A stretch of 63,982 nt of DNA, filler included, from Asterionella formosa (Eukaryota): NCBI GenBank assembly GCA_002256025.1. It is 5 parts of 5 records of this genome, joined end to end, with 100 filler letters (N's around TTAATTAATTAA, not from the genome) between each part and the next. Parts side by side here need not be neighbours in the genome. Positions count along the whole stretch, not along the records: positions 25,964 to 38,831 come from NKIB01007106.1; positions 38,932 to 51,797 come from NKIB01007114.1; 3 more parts are not named here. One strand, 5' to 3'. Below the pieces are notes generated by a model that was not told the origin of the DNA, ran no database searches, and worked only from the letters and a program-made list of their open reading frames with translations. Positions 37,742 through 49,868 of this stretch are shown here, piece after piece. Within the stretch, counting starts at the first letter, position 1, and every line of letters begins with the position of its first letter. The position numbers and the translations under genes are program-made.

Positions 37742-38831
37742 TGTTCCGATCTTGAGAATTTGAGAAAAAGGAATACGTATGGTTGCATACCACGTCAATT
37801 CGGGGATTACGTATGCACTATTTACGTATGGAATTAGTATTAACCTACAGGAAGAGAGGAATGGATTGACCATTGGAGATCATTTCCATTTTTCACAGTT
37901 TATATCATAATTTTAGTTTACGTTTTACATTTTAACCTATATTATCCGGTATTGCCACTGAGAATATCGTCACTGTTTAAGACGGTTTCTGGTTAACAAG
38001 GTTAGCCAGCCCATTTTCCCTCCACTAGTTTATCAGACCCATTCCGCTCACCGTGAGCAAGTGAAGAAAGAGAAGAGTCACTGCGAAGCAACGGCGTGTC
38101 TGCCCAAGTTACAGTGAATACTGACAGAGACAGGAAAGAAGTCAACTGTGTCAAGGACAAGGTTGCAGGTGTCGAGCTTAGGACAAGGAGTCGACATTGA
38201 TCAGAGTAGAGAGTCCTCTGCTGGTATGGATACGCGTGTCTGCGGAAGATACTAGAAAACCAAAAGAGGCTGTAAGCCCCAACAAGGAAGAGAAACCTGT
38301 TGAGATCCCATATATAACCACTCCGTACAGAGTATAAAACGACTCTCGATAGCAACGAGACAAAACAACAACAACTATTAAACAATGAGTACTAATCCAA
38401 TTATCCCAGAGAGTTATGAAATGGCCTGGGATGACAATGATGAAGACATTGATAATGAAGCAGAAATGGAGAATGAACTTGGAACAATGTTAACTAACAT
38501 AATGGGCATTGAAGACGAATTCAAAGAAATATTACGTAGCAATGGAATCATTACTATGAAAATATTTTTCACTTTCATAAGAAGACCAATATTGCAAATC
38601 TTATCCATGCTAGGAGAATCAAGATACAGAATATACAGAGCAAGCATTGTGAAGATACTTACTGTGAATGAAGAAATCAAAGAAGGAGGATCCTTGTACA
38701 AAGAGGATATGAATACAATTCACAATGTTATCACAAAACCCGAATACATTAGCGCATACAACACTCACAAGAAAACATTGCGCGAATCCCTAGAATTAGC
38801 TTGGAGACAACATAACCTACAAACATTGCAA
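37742..38831 (+). mobile_element. Copia (CoDi-like) LTR retrotransposon 5' end: LTR 37742-37998, PBS, gag start at 38385
   Basis: TGTT...AACA LTR immediately followed by AGGTTAGCCAGCCC (copia-type half-tRNAiMet PBS, cf. GGTTATGGGCCC). Open ORF from 38385 runs into the gap. Confidence 0.7.
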
Positions 38832-39029
38832 NNNNNNNNNNNNNNNNNNNNNNNNNNNNNNNNNNNNNNNNNNNNTTAATTAATTAANNNNNNNNNNNNN
38901 NNNNNNNNNNNNNNNNNNNNNNNNNNNNNNNCAATGTTTCACAATTGCATGCATGGCTGGCTGGCTGGCTGCAATCACTATTGCATGTGCCCTGTAACCA
39001 CCACTTAGTGTAAAATTATTGTATACAAA

Positions 39030-39235
39030 GTTGCGACTGACACACTTGTTTTCTTGATGCATCACATGATTGCCATCAGCGATACAAAGACGATCTTTTG
39101 TTAAAAATGGACACCAGTCCCACTTGGTTTCTTTTGATGCGTCATATGATTGCCTGCAACTATAGAAAGACAATCTTTTGTTAGAAAAATTGACACCATT
39201 CACGCTTGGTTTCTTGATGTATCACATGATTCTCT
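39030..39235. repeat. ~75 bp degenerate tandem repeat
   Basis: cttg(g)tttcttgatg(c/t)atcacatgatt recurs at about 39045, 39123 and 39205. Confidence 0.6.
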
Positions 39236-39239
39236 TCAG

Positions 39240-40002
39240 CAATCTTGTATTTTGGTAGAATCCATGCTTGGGGATGTGCTTGAGACGATCTTTGGATGAT
39301 ATTGAATCTTGAAGTAAGTCAAAACCGAGCAAATCGATTGTTCTTTGTTTAAAATGCTTAATGGTTTTGTCAACTATCAGAGCATCCACTGATGCTGACA
39401 CTGAAAGCTATCCTGAAGAAGACAGTCTTCTAACCATATCACCATGGCATAATCAAAAGTGTTATAGGGCCGATCATCTGGGAGGAGTACTTCAATGTTC
39501 ATCCATTCATACAAGGCGATTTCTTTAAGGCACCTTTGGAGTAGAAGAAGGTATTTCTTGCTGGAGGTTAGGCAAGCAAGAATGTCATGAATAGACTCAC
39601 AGCAATCAACAAAGCTTCCACTGAGCGAGCTCCCATGAATCTAATCTTGGTTGAAAGACTCAAGACAACGAACTGGTAAAAATTCATGAAAGGTGCCATT
39701 CTTCATATTTATTATGTTGAGATCCTTGATCAATGGGACCACCACTAGGACTTGAGAATCCATCAACATTGATAATTCTAATTCGACTCTTTTTGAATTC
39801 AAAGTGACATATCTAACTAGAAGCAGTAGGATTTTGTTGAATATATGAGCTTATTAGTTTATCCTTCTGTGCAACTCGCTCTCCTAGGTTGACACAAAAG
39901 TATTCAATAGGTGTTAGTTGAGTTCTCTCCTGATAAGAGTTCTGAAATAATCTATGAAACCCTAACCCTATAGGTGCACGTGTAGTTGATCGGGATCGCT
40001 CA
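39240..40002 (-). mobile_element. Gypsy element 5' end: LTR 40002-39805, 23-nt PBS-position motif, decayed gag-like region
   Basis: LTR homologous to 54848-55042, followed on the minus strand by CTTTGAATTCAAAAAGAGTCGAA and stop-riddled LLQRCLKEIALYEW-type sequence (gag assignment tentative). Confidence 0.7.
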
Positions 40003-40730
40003 CCAGGTACCAGTTCCTGCCAGGTAACTTTGTACTCATACAAACGGTACCTGTATATGCCGGTACCTTAATGTGACGACAAAGCAAGGAGGAAGAAAAA
40101 TTCACAAATAACAAGCAACGCACGACACAGCCAGGGGGAAATGGTGGCCGCAGGCTTAAATTTCTTGTTTCACGTCCGTTCGATTCTTGCGATACAAAAT
40201 GTGACTTTGAAGGCCACGTATACATAAAACTAAAAATATCATTCCTGTCTGTCAAGTATTTTGTCTACATGTCTACCGTAGTGTATATACGATACATTAT
40301 ACCTATACCGGTAGCGGAGGGGTTTTCCATTTTATGTGTGCGATAAATCGTAACTGGTACATACGTACATGGAGTAATCGGAGTACCGGGTACTCCCAGG
40401 TTACTAGAGTACGAGGATACTGGTGCTTGTGAGTGCCAGGAACACTTGCACTCTGTACCTAGTTCCTACGGTTGCTACATTGGTATGCCTGATTTCATAC
40501 ATACCCGCACGTTTGAAATTTTTCATCAGAATACCAAGAACGGAAGAAGGATCAGAAACGGTCATACACAACAGGTAAACTGTTCATGAAGTAGCATTCG
40601 TTAGTTGATGGCATGAAAGTGTGCTTATTTGGCGCTTCTGGGCTCTAAACATCCAACATTTCATCGCACTTTTCATGTGACAAGTAAACTTCCGGCCTGC
40701 CATCTAATTCCTTTCCTGAATTTCTGATAA

Positions 40731-41915
40731 ATGTCTGCCAACATTGGTTACATTGCTGCCGCAATCTCATGTTGCGCCTTTGGCAGTTTCGCCGTCCCAA
40801 TCAAAGGCAACACTGCCAACAGAGTCAAAATCGACCCTCTAGTCATGCAGACGTATAAAACAACCATGTGCTTCCTCACAAGTTGGCTGGTACTGGCGTT
40901 TGGAGTTCCGTTCCATTTCTCGCTGTGGGGAATGGTGTCTGGCTTGTGTTGGGTGCCTGGGGGCACGGCAGGCATTTATGCCGTGCGAAATGCAGGATTA
41001 GCCCTCAGTCAGGGAACGTGGTCGACGTTGAAGGTCATTGTGGGATTTGTGTGGGGGATCTTTATCTTTGACGAGCATGTACGGTCTAGACCAGGGTCAA
41101 CAGCCGCCGTCGTTTGCATGATGCTTGGGTTGTGGGGTATGAGTCATTTTTCATCACTTGACCGTCAAGATATCATTCGAGAGGGTATGGAAGCACCCAT
41201 ACTTTTATCCATTGAAGAACAAGAGAAATACGAGGACGTTATTTACCACAGAGGCAAGTGTGATGAAGCTGCGGATATTGAGGCGGACTCGAATTTCATA
41301 GAGGACCCAGTTAGCGCTGATCGCACGGAAACGGAAGCTCGAACAGAAACGGAAGCTCAGGAATTTGATGCTAGCAGCAAAGAGGAAGAGATTGAAATTC
41401 TCGGATACTTTCGTGTCAGTCGAAGAAGACTAGGATTTTTGTGTGCTTGCTTTGACGGACTCTGGGGTGGCTCAATACTAGTTCCAATGCACTTTGCCAA
41501 AACGACAACTGAAGGTTTGGGATATGTCATTTCCTTTGCTGTTGGAGCCACAACAGTGTTGACAATCATGTGGTTTATTCGATTTACATTTGACGTCGCA
41601 AGTCAGACGCACTCCATCAAAGGATCTTGGGAGCGACTCCCAAGTCTGCATTTATCATCCATGTGGTTGCCAGGTGGGCTTGCTGGGCTCCTTTGGAGTA
41701 TTGGCAACGTTTCATCCATGGTTTCCGTTGCATACTTGGGAGAAGGAGTTGGATATAGCATTGTACAAGCTCAGATGCTAGTGGCTGGCCTCTGGGGTAT
41801 ACTGTGGTATAGAGAGATACAAGGTTGGTATCCAATCGTGGGCTGGTTTCTTTGTGCAGGGATTACATTTATCGGAATCATCCTGTTGAGCTTCGAACAC
41901 CAAAAGGGGATTTAG
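40731..41915 (+). CDS. TMEM144: TMEM144-like drug/metabolite-transporter-superfamily membrane protein
   Basis: About 10 TM in two halves. CAFGSFAVPIK, DP.VMQ.YK, W.PGG...IYAV..AGLA, acidic central loop, GG.ILVPM, G.LWSIGN, VAGLWGI..Y.EI. Confidence 0.8.
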   Translation: MSANIGYIAAAISCCAFGSFAVPIKGNTANRVKIDPLVMQTYKTTMCFLTSWLVLAFGVPFHFSLWGMVSGLCWVPGGTAGIYAVRNAGLALSQGTWSTLKVIVGFVWGIFIFDEHVRSRPGSTAAVVCMMLGLWGMSHFSSLDRQDIIREGMEAPILLSIEEQEKYEDVIYHRGKCDEAADIEADSNFIEDPVSADRTETEARTETEAQEFDASSKEEEIEILGYFRVSRRRLGFLCACFDGLWGGSILVPMHFAKTTTEGLGYVISFAVGATTVLTIMWFIRFTFDVASQTHSIKGSWERLPSLHLSSMWLPGGLAGLLWSIGNVSSMVSVAYLGEGVGYSIVQAQMLVAGLWGILWYREIQGWYPIVGWFLCAGITFIGIILLSFEHQKGI

Positions 41916-42359
41916 AATCAATTGAGCTCAGTTGAGCCCATTTACAGAAATGAAACTTTGGAGATCACTCTCCGATCGTTACAAATGTGACATAATTATT
42001 TCTCCCTCCGCGGATCATCAGCATTGTTGCACAATCACATTGTACAAAAATTTAATGTACATTAGTGATCGCCAAACCAAAGAAAACTTATTTATTGGCA
42101 TGCCGTTTGATGCTACGAAAACTTACTTGTTTGCATGCCTTATTGTACGCGTCATGAAAAAAGTGCTCATGTTTCACAAAACACAGAACTAGCGTAATAG
42201 CACTGAGAGTTGAAATAAATTGTATGGATAGCGAATTTTTAACTATAGACGCTGAATAGAATAGGCCGCATAACGTCGTCTAGTCATGATAATTCTCGTA
42301 GTCGCCCTTCATCACCCATAGTGCATATGATCCCCATAGTAATACATAATATGAAAAGA

Positions 42360-44001
42360 TTAAGATCTTGGCTTGTATTTCCCATTCAGTGTTTCGTCGT
42401 TCCCGCAGCTTTGCAGGTCAACCACAATAGCAGAAAAGTTGTCGGTTGAACCGCAAGACTTGGCGTGTTCCAAAAGGTTTCGGGCAGCCCACTTGAACCG
42501 ATCAGTATCAATGACGAGGTTGCCGTCATCAATGACACAAGAAGTGGCAATCACAACATGTGCAGCTTCTTCATTGTCCAAAACATCCCAAACTCCATCA
42601 CTCGAAATAATGAGGAACCAGTCATCTGGTCCCACATCGTACTCGCATACTTCAGGGTTGGAAGTAACGTATGGTTTCAAGGATGCATCCCCGATGGCGC
42701 GTGACACAGCTAGTAGACCTTCTACTCTCCACCTTCCCCAGTAAATAACTCGTCCCTGAAATTTGGAAACCATGAGTTCGGTTGTTTTGGGAAAAGTACT
42801 GTACACAAATGGTCCAAAACTTACCCCAAGTTCAGTAATGCGCTTGGTTTCATCTGGCATACCGGGCTTGTGATCTCGGCTTATTCTAACAACAGAGCCA
42901 TCTTTTCTCACCACAATTGCTCGTGAATCCCCTGCATTAGCGCAAATAATTCGTTTCCCTCCAACCAAGGAGACAGCACAGGCTGTCGTTCCATCTGGGT
43001 ATCCTGTGTTGATGAAATCTTCGTCAATATTTGTAAATGCCTTCTTCATGGCGAACCCCAAGTCGAAGGGGAAACAATCTTCATTGCGAACATAAGACGA
43101 CAACCAGTCAGCACAGTATTGACTGGCCTTGTCACCACCGTGGCCATCAAAGACAGCCAACCATGTCAAAGGCATCTTTAGGCGGGTACACTTCTTCTCT
43201 TCCGCACCGAAGGAGACTTCAACAGCGGCTCCACTACTGCGCACCGCAACAGGACTGACTTCCACTTGCACAGTGCCCAGATCTTCCACAGAGTAGCTGT
43301 GGACAGAGTAATGGCAACAACGTGGTTAGAATAAAATGCAACACGTCAACACACACGTCATCATGCCCTCGCAATTCGTACCGATCTTCCATATAAGGTC
43401 GCGCACCACAGTCACTCCAATGACTGACATTGACCTGCACATTGTTGGGTCGCAACTCACGGCGTGACATGAGACTTGGCCCATTGGGCTGAGATTGTGA
43501 ACCATCCCCAATCGACGTTCGTAAGGAGTATCTAACTCTTGTTGTATTCGATGGAAGAGTTTCGGGAGTATGCTGCAAAATGTCGTCAAGCTCTGACGAG
43601 ACCGGAGATGGTGGCGACGAGGCCGTTGTGGTCTCGTCCTTTTCTGTGGCCGTATTCTTGAGGCGACGTGGTATGCGGAGACAAGAGGTTTTGATCCCAT
43701 TAATTTTCAAACAATGTGATCGGTAGGATTCCCCTGGATCAGAATCATAAGGGTCCATTTCATCTTCGTATATGGGCTTTTCTTTCTTTTTCTTTTTACC
43801 TTCTTTAATGTCAGAATTTTCGTTCGTGGGCTTGGTTGTCTTGGTCTTGCTCCTCCGCCTCGAGCGTCGAAGCAGTCCATGGGAGTTGTCTTCGTCCGAG
43901 TCCGATAACTGGTCTGATAACGAGATCGATCTCATGCCCGTCAAAGCTTCTGAAGCACCAGCACTGGTTGGAGTCGACGATTGTCTTCGAAAGCGCACCA
44001 T
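42360..44001 (-). CDS. PP2C (PPM) protein phosphatase, three exons
   Basis: G.RPYMEDR joined over intron 43381-43297 to YSVED; VFDGHGG, DGTTA, ANAGDSR, DHKP, in-frame intron 42824-42756, LAVSRAIGD, SDGVWD, GSTDN. ATG at 44001. Confidence 0.9.
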
Positions 44002-45338
44002 TCTTGAATCTACTTTCAACAGAGAAATGGAGTTATGTGTTGATGTTGCGAAATGGAATGAAGTCTTCTTTCTTCGTATGTTTTCTTTCAAAATAAACAG
44101 TCTTCCTGGTAGTGGGAGGGTACAGTTACCGATCACTCAAGAAAATCTTCCAAAGTGTCCTATGAGGACTCAAAAATGAAAGCCAACAGAGCAGAGGGGC
44201 AGGCAGATGACCTACTGAACCAACACCAAACTATTGAGACTTCTACTAATTAGTTGCGCGGAATACCACAAGGAACGTAGACGAGCTCACCTGTCCTTGA
44301 ATCCCCAGTTTCCCCAACGGCTACGTTAGTCGTCTAGTTTTTAAGGGAACAACAGAGTGGTGAGCGTGATGCGAACGAACCATGGCGAGCAATAACAGAA
44401 TGCACACAAGCAAAAAAGGCAAACAGGCAACAGGAATTGGAAACTCCAGAACGCACCTCGTTCGTTCACTTCGTTCTTCTTATCAATGCAAAGCGAAGGG
44501 TATTCTTCTGGTGCGCTTGCTTCCTTGTTCAAACAGTAGTGGAAACAATTGAAGGGAGAGTAGTCCTGTGTAATTCGAGTTTGAAGTGAAAAACAAGCCG
44601 GTCAACAACGATAACGACAGATGCTTTGTAATAATAACAAGTGAAGTGATCAAGTGTACCGGTATTCTCCTGTTAGCTCTCGCGTGGGCCACCCTATTAT
44701 TGTATGTGTGGGGGCCGCCAACACACAAACGTACGCCTGATCTCTATAGTGTCCGTTCATAGCTTTGGGCTACGAATAAAATCCAGGACACATGCATATG
44801 TACTGGTAACTGGTACATAACTCGATTTGTAGAAATTCGCAAGACAAAATACCTCCTCATCAGTCGTTTAAGATTGAAAGACAAGCCGGGCCGTGCGCGA
44901 GGCGACCCATTCTTCGAATGATTGTAGAGGAGTTTGTATATTTCATGAAATTAAATTCTTAAACTAAATCCGTTGAAAAAGTAACGTCGTCAAGAAGACA
45001 GTTATTTGAGGGATAACCGTACAGCCCAAATTATGAGACTGGGTACCGTAGGACGAAGGCGAGCATGGTACTAGGTAAATATGATGAAATATATTCATAC
45101 CGGAATATTAAACAAGAGTGTTGAAGGACGTATGAATAATTTTCCAATTTCCTCCAACCACCAATGATGTGAAAGGGTTGCTGCTGATAATGCTGATCAC
45201 ATCATGAGCGATCAATATTAATATTCCCCCCGGGGCGGTAGTAAGAGCAACAACATAACGGTCGCATGACTCATTCGAATTCCCAACTAGCAACTAAGTT
45301 TGCTTCCGCCTTTGTCGTTCGAAGCAATCCAGACCACC

Positions 45339-46085
45339 ATGCTACGTCGACTTGCGCAATTCAATTCTTTGAATAAGCGATGCCATAGACACCTCGTCGC
45401 TCCTCCAGTATGTATTCGATACAACACGAACGAGGCAAAAGCGCTGGCTAAGGAAAGTGCAACAGAAGGCAAGACGAAGAACGAAGACGCGACTTTAGTC
45501 ACCAACAAACCCTTGTATGAAGGACCCCTTGCTGGAATCACCACCCGCCTCAAGATTGTCTCAATCACTACAGCGTCTGGATCCATGCTGGGCATTCCCT
45601 ATCTCATACTTACACACACTGGTGACTTGGGACTCGCTGGTCAATTGGCAGTTGGAGGCGCTGCCATGCTTGCAGGGACAGCAAGTACCTTTGTTCTCAA
45701 TTTCTTCTTTTCTCCGTACGTGCATTCGTTGGAGCGAATTCCTGTTCGAAAGTGCCAGGCAAAGGTGGACGAAGATCCAGAACTGAAGGCTGCACAAGGA
45801 TACCTCATCAAGGCAACAACTCGGAATTTATTTTGTCGGAAAATTGAGATTGTATTTGATCCATCCACGGAAGTATCTCCCTATAAAGGTGCGCGCCCAT
45901 TTGCCAATTTTGTCGTCAAGGGAACGCCGCTATTTGTGCATGGCGACATGATTTTGGATTACAAGCTTCGGAATCAATTACTTCCGGAAATGAAAGACGA
46001 CGATGCACCACAAGAGTTGAGCAAGAATGCAACTGATGATTTCGACCGAGACGATGACGACGAAATATCGCCATTGGGAAGATAA
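45339..46085 (+). CDS. TMEM70: TMEM70/DUF1301-like mitochondrial inner-membrane protein
   Basis: Arg-rich presequence MLRRLAQF..., LYEGPL....RLK.VS, two TM segments, T..L.FFFSPYV, T.NLF, RPFANF, LFVH. Confidence 0.7.
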   Translation: MLRRLAQFNSLNKRCHRHLVAPPVCIRYNTNEAKALAKESATEGKTKNEDATLVTNKPLYEGPLAGITTRLKIVSITTASGSMLGIPYLILTHTGDLGLAGQLAVGGAAMLAGTASTFVLNFFFSPYVHSLERIPVRKCQAKVDEDPELKAAQGYLIKATTRNLFCRKIEIVFDPSTEVSPYKGARPFANFVVKGTPLFVHGDMILDYKLRNQLLPEMKDDDAPQELSKNATDDFDRDDDDEISPLGR

Positions 46086-46328
46086 GGTGGAGACTGCTAG
46101 CGCTAGACAGACAATAACATTCATGCTAATGTATAATTACCGTGTTCCCTTTGCCGTGGTAGCGACGTAGTTTGATTGAGCGCTTGCAACTGGAATACTG
46201 TGTTAAGACACGATTTGTTGTTAAGCAAATGATTCATGTACGCCGAACGAGTGCAATGAAGATGAATGGTATGAGGCAATAGTCAAATGGTACCTGGTAA
46301 TTGGACAGATGAAATAACACTACAGCAT

Positions 46329-49300
46329 CTATTTAATAAATTTCTTTCTCGTGAATTCTTCGTAGCTTCCACCGAATAGCCGACCTACATCTCGGCGAAT
46401 CTCAGCTCTGGTCATAGCCCAGCCAGATTCGTTCAACTTAGAATACTCGTGTGCAATAACCCTTGCAATGATGGACCGTGAATGAGCCCATTTATACACA
46501 AGCTGGTCCAAAACGCGCGCATCGCTGTGCTGAGCTGTGAAAGCTGTCCCTAACATCTCCACTCGCATTTGCGTCATCTCTCGAATGATCGACGGTTGGT
46601 TGCAAAACCACCAACAACCATAAATATGAAGGTTTCGGAACTTGGAGGCTAAAACACAGGCTTCGTGTTGGTTTGTTCGAGACAGAAATGTGGCCAAGAA
46701 GGATACATTCGGGAAGCGAAGCAAAAGACGTGCCAACATAGAGGTATCAGCGAAGGCGACGACGCCGTCTCCAGCCGCTTTCAAGGAGGGATTCACGCCT
46801 CGGTACGCTCCAATCTTAAGGGCGAGTGGCAATTTACGTTCCTCGCAGATCTTCATTAAGACGTCGCTTAAAAAGTCGCTATCTTCGTGAATTAGACTGG
46901 CTCGTTCGTCGTCGTCCATTGTGCATTCAATACCAGAAGATTGCACTTGTACAAACGCAAAGGGCTGTGACATGGCTTCGTCATTAATGCGAGTGGGCTT
47001 CTTTACAGCCTCGCCGAAGACGAAATTATGAGGAGTTGATGCCATGAGGTATTCTGGAGTCATGGTATCACACCAGTCACGAAGATAGTCACACGCACCC
47101 TCCAGGGTCACGTCATAGCCCGAAGCCTTCAAAGCAGTTTCTATGGTAGCTTTATCCCCAGCCAGTAAGGGATCAACTCGAAGGGCAGATCGATAGCGCT
47201 TAGAATACTTTTTGCGTTCTGGTCTCCAGTATTGAGATTCATTTGCATCAAAAGGAATGTTCGTCATGATGGCATATCGGATACCCGCTTTCTGGAAGAT
47301 ATGCTCACTGAACATTTCAACACCTTTTAATCCCTTGTCGCGATAGTCGCTGTAAAACTTCCGGATCTGCACCAGATTTCGATTCTTGATGGCATCTCCT
47401 AAACCAAGGGCTTGCAATGTAGTCAACACTCCTCGACAAGCTTCGGAAACTGGTGATCGATCAACGAAAAGCCCCATCCATATCATGTCCGCCTGCACTT
47501 GTGTCGAGGCGGCATAAAAAGTTTCTGGTGTGACATCGGAAGGAGCAGTTATAAAATACTCCGCAACCAAATAGTGGTAGGTGAGAAGCTCATCGATCCC
47601 CCACGAGCATAGTGCTCCGTGGCTTGGTGGGAGCAAGTGCGTGTGCAAGTCAATTGCTTCTGCAGATGCTACTTCAGAAATTACAACATCGGCAATCTCT
47701 TGTCCGCTTACAATCAATTGCATTAGCTTACTGTCATCGGGAACCGGTGTTTCACGAAAATGCAGCGGGCGATCGTATTTTAAATTGCAAACATCTACCA
47801 AGGCCATGGCGTCAGTAGCAAATCCCTTGTCGTAAATATCATATTGATGACTCATTTCATCCAACAGTTCCCTCATACCATCACCGACCACCATGCGGGC
47901 CAATAAAGTCGAAATCGCATGGACGATAATCTCAAAGTAGTCTCTCTGTGCGACTCTCAGCAAGTTTCCACCATCCGGCGCCAATAGGTATGCCCGGACA
48001 ACTGGAGCATAGGAAGATGGCTGTGGATTTGTGGAAGCTATCTCGGCCAACCAAGCAGAGAGGTACCGACCATTAACGCGGCAGATGCATCTGAATTCAT
48101 ACCACCCGGCCTCCAGATTGTAGTGTAAGCCATCATGGTACAAAACTTGACTTCCGCCTCCTTGCTTGTTTCGCACCTTGCCATCAAACCAGCCTGTGTA
48201 TACTTCATTCCTGTTAGATTCGTCAATTGGTGTTAACCAACGCAGCAATGCTGCCCAAGCATAAACCATGCTAGTAGTAATTGGTCTATTACTTTCCACC
48301 AGGTCAATCGCGGTTGGTCCCAAGCGGATGCCACCTTTCGCTGCGCAATTCTGCGCAATAAAGAACGTCGACAGTCCAAAATGAGGATGCGTCAATCGGC
48401 TTCGCCACTCTTCGTAGACAGTCTCAGTTTCCGTGATCCCAAAACTCGACCCAGGCAATATTTGTGACTCAAATAGACTGTCGAGATAATCCATCAAGAG
48501 GCCATCTTCAGCCAAGACATCTGTGCTGAGAATAGCCATTAATGCCATGCATTGAGCCAGTGCCGTGTGTGTTCCATTCGCAACACGCAATTTCAATCCA
48601 ATGTCAGCTTCGAGCTGTTCGGCCGTAGATCTAACAATGACCCCAAAATCTACCAAGGATTGAAAAGCTTCTGGGAGTCGCTGCTCAGGATCTAAAATAA
48701 TCAGCGACTTTTTCGGGAGCGGCTCACAGCGGGGAACTAATCCATCTGATCCGTCTCGTTGCGAGGTGATGCGATCCACCATGGTGTTGCAGAAGACGAC
48801 TCGATTTTCTAAATAACTTCTCATTTCTATCTGATCAGTTCCACAAAGGTCCAGCATGTGTGATAGCATGGTGCTTCCATTGCCTGGTACATTGTCCATG
48901 TTCACGACGCAGAGCTCTGACGTATGGAAATTGTGTGATCTAAAGTATTCCAGCAGACGAAACAAAGCTTGCATTGCTTGCGTTTGACTGTTGGCTAATC
49001 CCGCTTCTGTCACACCGACGCCAATCATTTTGATTTGTAAGGGCTGAGTTTTGAGAAAGTCCATCAGTGCAACAGTGCCGTCAGCTGACCCCATGGTGAA
49101 TGCTCCATAGCAAGGAACAGTAGATGTGACTACAGCTCCAGAATCCAGCACAGTATCCAATTCGTATGTGCCCGTTACTCTTGTCTTCATGTACTCTATA
49201 AAGTTGCTTCCTCGTGTTTGAATCAAAGCGGGCTTGAGCTTGGCTTCAATGAGGGCCGGGACGAGAACCGAGCGCAAGAAGCGGCCAGTGCCCAGACACA

Positions 49301-49349
49301 AGCAATCGACAGACTTGGAGTCATCTGAGAGCCAACAACAATTGGACAT
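46329..49349 (-). CDS. Fusion of mannitol-dehydrogenase-family reductase (UxaB/UxuB-like) and uronate isomerase (UxaC, Bh0493-type)
   Basis: N-half: LGTGRFLR, GVTEAG, MDNVPGNG, NTMVDRIT, KLRVANGTH. C-half: DLHTHL, DELLTYHYL, SEACRGV.T.L, ALRVDPL, GCWWFCN, FTAQHSDARVLDQLVYKW. Single uninterrupted 1006-aa ORF. Confidence 0.88.
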   Translation of the reverse strand: MSNCCWLSDDSKSVDCLCLGTGRFLRSVLVPALIEAKLKPALIQTRGSNFIEYMKTRVTGTYELDTVLDSGAVVTSTVPCYGAFTMGSADGTVALMDFLKTQPLQIKMIGVGVTEAGLANSQTQAMQALFRLLEYFRSHNFHTSELCVVNMDNVPGNGSTMLSHMLDLCGTDQIEMRSYLENRVVFCNTMVDRITSQRDGSDGLVPRCEPLPKKSLIILDPEQRLPEAFQSLVDFGVIVRSTAEQLEADIGLKLRVANGTHTALAQCMALMAILSTDVLAEDGLLMDYLDSLFESQILPGSSFGITETETVYEEWRSRLTHPHFGLSTFFIAQNCAAKGGIRLGPTAIDLVESNRPITTSMVYAWAALLRWLTPIDESNRNEVYTGWFDGKVRNKQGGGSQVLYHDGLHYNLEAGWYEFRCICRVNGRYLSAWLAEIASTNPQPSSYAPVVRAYLLAPDGGNLLRVAQRDYFEIIVHAISTLLARMVVGDGMRELLDEMSHQYDIYDKGFATDAMALVDVCNLKYDRPLHFRETPVPDDSKLMQLIVSGQEIADVVISEVASAEAIDLHTHLLPPSHGALCSWGIDELLTYHYLVAEYFITAPSDVTPETFYAASTQVQADMIWMGLFVDRSPVSEACRGVLTTLQALGLGDAIKNRNLVQIRKFYSDYRDKGLKGVEMFSEHIFQKAGIRYAIMTNIPFDANESQYWRPERKKYSKRYRSALRVDPLLAGDKATIETALKASGYDVTLEGACDYLRDWCDTMTPEYLMASTPHNFVFGEAVKKPTRINDEAMSQPFAFVQVQSSGIECTMDDDERASLIHEDSDFLSDVLMKICEERKLPLALKIGAYRGVNPSLKAAGDGVVAFADTSMLARLLLRFPNVSFLATFLSRTNQHEACVLASKFRNLHIYGCWWFCNQPSIIREMTQMRVEMLGTAFTAQHSDARVLDQLVYKWAHSRSIIARVIAHEYSKLNESGWAMTRAEIRRDVGRLFGGSYEEFTRKKFIK

Positions 49350-49868
49350 TGTGATGGCTAATTGCAGACATTAAGATTGTATGACATGTACACATATCTT
49401 GCATCCGATATTCCATGCTGTGTTCTATGATTTGTTGTTTTAATGATGATGATAATTTTTATGGACTCCATTCTTTGTCGCCTGGGAACGGTAACTGGTA
49501 TACTACCCGCAGTTGTGTAGGGTTAGGATCAAGATTAGGGTTAGTGGTACCAATGATACTGTATGCATGATACATGATGCAGTTTGTACCTGGTACCAGG
49601 TACCAGGTACTATAAAGTTCGACATGTACCGGTAGTCTTCCATCGTCAACATTTTCTTATTGTTTTATAATTACAGGGGCTGCTTCTTTATGGTACACCA
49701 GAACTAGATTTATTGTTTTGCTTATCATCAATATAGAGTACCGGTATACATACGACATCGGGCAGAAGAAGTCTCATTTTCTAATACTAGTTCACATACC
49801 GGTAGCAATACTTACAAGTATTGCAAGTCACATAATATTTACTAAGTCAGTCGTATTTTCTGTCGACC

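Noticed and set aside
40731..49349. TMEM144 transporter plus uronate fusion as a sugar-utilisation cluster
   Set aside because: Separated by unrelated PP2C and TMEM70 genes; TMEM144 substrate unknown.
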